A DNA stretch of 64,000 nucleotides from Azolla caroliniana. Its lineage: Eukaryota > Plantae > Polypodiophyta. Below the pieces are notes generated by a model. That model was not told the origin of the DNA. It made no database searches and saw only the letters and a list, made by a program, of their open reading frames with translations. Of the stretch, positions 63,308 to 64,000 are shown piece after piece. Position 1 is the first letter of the stretch; every line of letters starts with the position of its first letter. Location of the stretch: positions 10,602,001 to 10,666,000 of the forward strand of contig JBHGNT010000013.1 of NCBI GenBank assembly GCA_043228905.1. Direction: 5' to 3'. A program made the translations under genes and the position numbers.

Positions 63308-64000
63308 TGTTACGGGCATGACCATATAATATCCCGTGGTGAGAATTGTCGTAGTATTCTATACACGTGGATAAGTGTGAGGGTTAAACAAAGAGTCTAA
63401 AGAAGGGGAGGATTACTTTTAATCCTCGGGATTGAGACAACCCATGAGGCCAAGTGTGAACATGGCTGGGGGCCTTGAGAATTACTATAAATAAGAGGCC
63501 TAGCTACCCTCATTGGGGCATGCATTGACTACGTCGAGACTCTGTCCGTGAGTGGAACGACTCTTGTAGCAAGCGCGCTATCGTCCAGGTACGACTCGAC
63601 GCCAAGGCGGTGGTATGGGACGCCGATCGAGGCTCGAGTCCGTCTCGATCCCTTCGCTCGGGGGTGGTCGGGTGGATCGGCACCCTTCTTTCTCTCTTTT
63701 CTCTCTATTCTTTCTAGATCTATCATTGATATATCCTTAGTTTATGCTTACTTTAGTACCTAATCTCTAATATTTGGTATCAGAGCATATGTACTAACGT
63801 TTCTTTTGGTTTTCTTTTTGTCTTCGCGTGGGATGGCGATTGATCGTTGTGCGGTCGCCTTCATGCAGACAAGGATTAGCGAAAGAACTTCGGTAAATTT
63901 TCCTTAATTTTTTATCTAATTTTTCTTCTCCCTTCTATACATGTGTATACTTAATATGTAGTTTTTTTTTCATATATTCAATGATGTTGACGTGGTATTT
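63308..64000 (+). mobile_element. 5' LTR (63308-63772) and iMet PBS of an LTR element running off the window
   Basis: TGTTA...TAATA termini, CTATAAATA at ~63485, and PBS TGGTATCAGAGC at 63775-63786. It interrupts the host LGQPY reading frame. Confidence 0.8.

Overview
This window is a eukaryotic transposon graveyard. I found no intact host gene, rRNA, true tRNA or CRISPR array. The element mix (self-priming Tcn1/Tf1-like chromoviruses, PLS-type PPR fragments, fungal-like gypsy RT, plant tRNA-Trp and iMet primer sites) suggests a non-seed land plant such as a fern, lycophyte or moss; this is inference. Contents: two related full-length chromoviruses (36575-42845 +, 47139-52790 -); a Ty1/copia element broken by six nested insertions (24188-42916 -); three other gypsy-type elements; seven solo LTRs with TSDs; four LINE pieces; and two copies of a Sola-like DDE transposase, one with a satellite-filled intron and a convergent RING-H2 remnant. 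Most interesting patterns: (1) LTRs of several distinct families carry a tRNA-type Pol III A-box/B-box pair with a 43-44 nt offset, antisense and upstream of the LTR TATA box; (2) a TGTCG...CGACA LTR group with 4-bp TSDs inserts almost always at NCGN; (3) the palindrome TAGTACTA is amplified in intronic satellites of the DNA transposon and enriched in both chromoviruses; (4) the chromoviruses have a self-priming site and a -1 frameshift pseudoknot. All coordinates and alignments were read by eye, and boundaries without TSD support are approximate.
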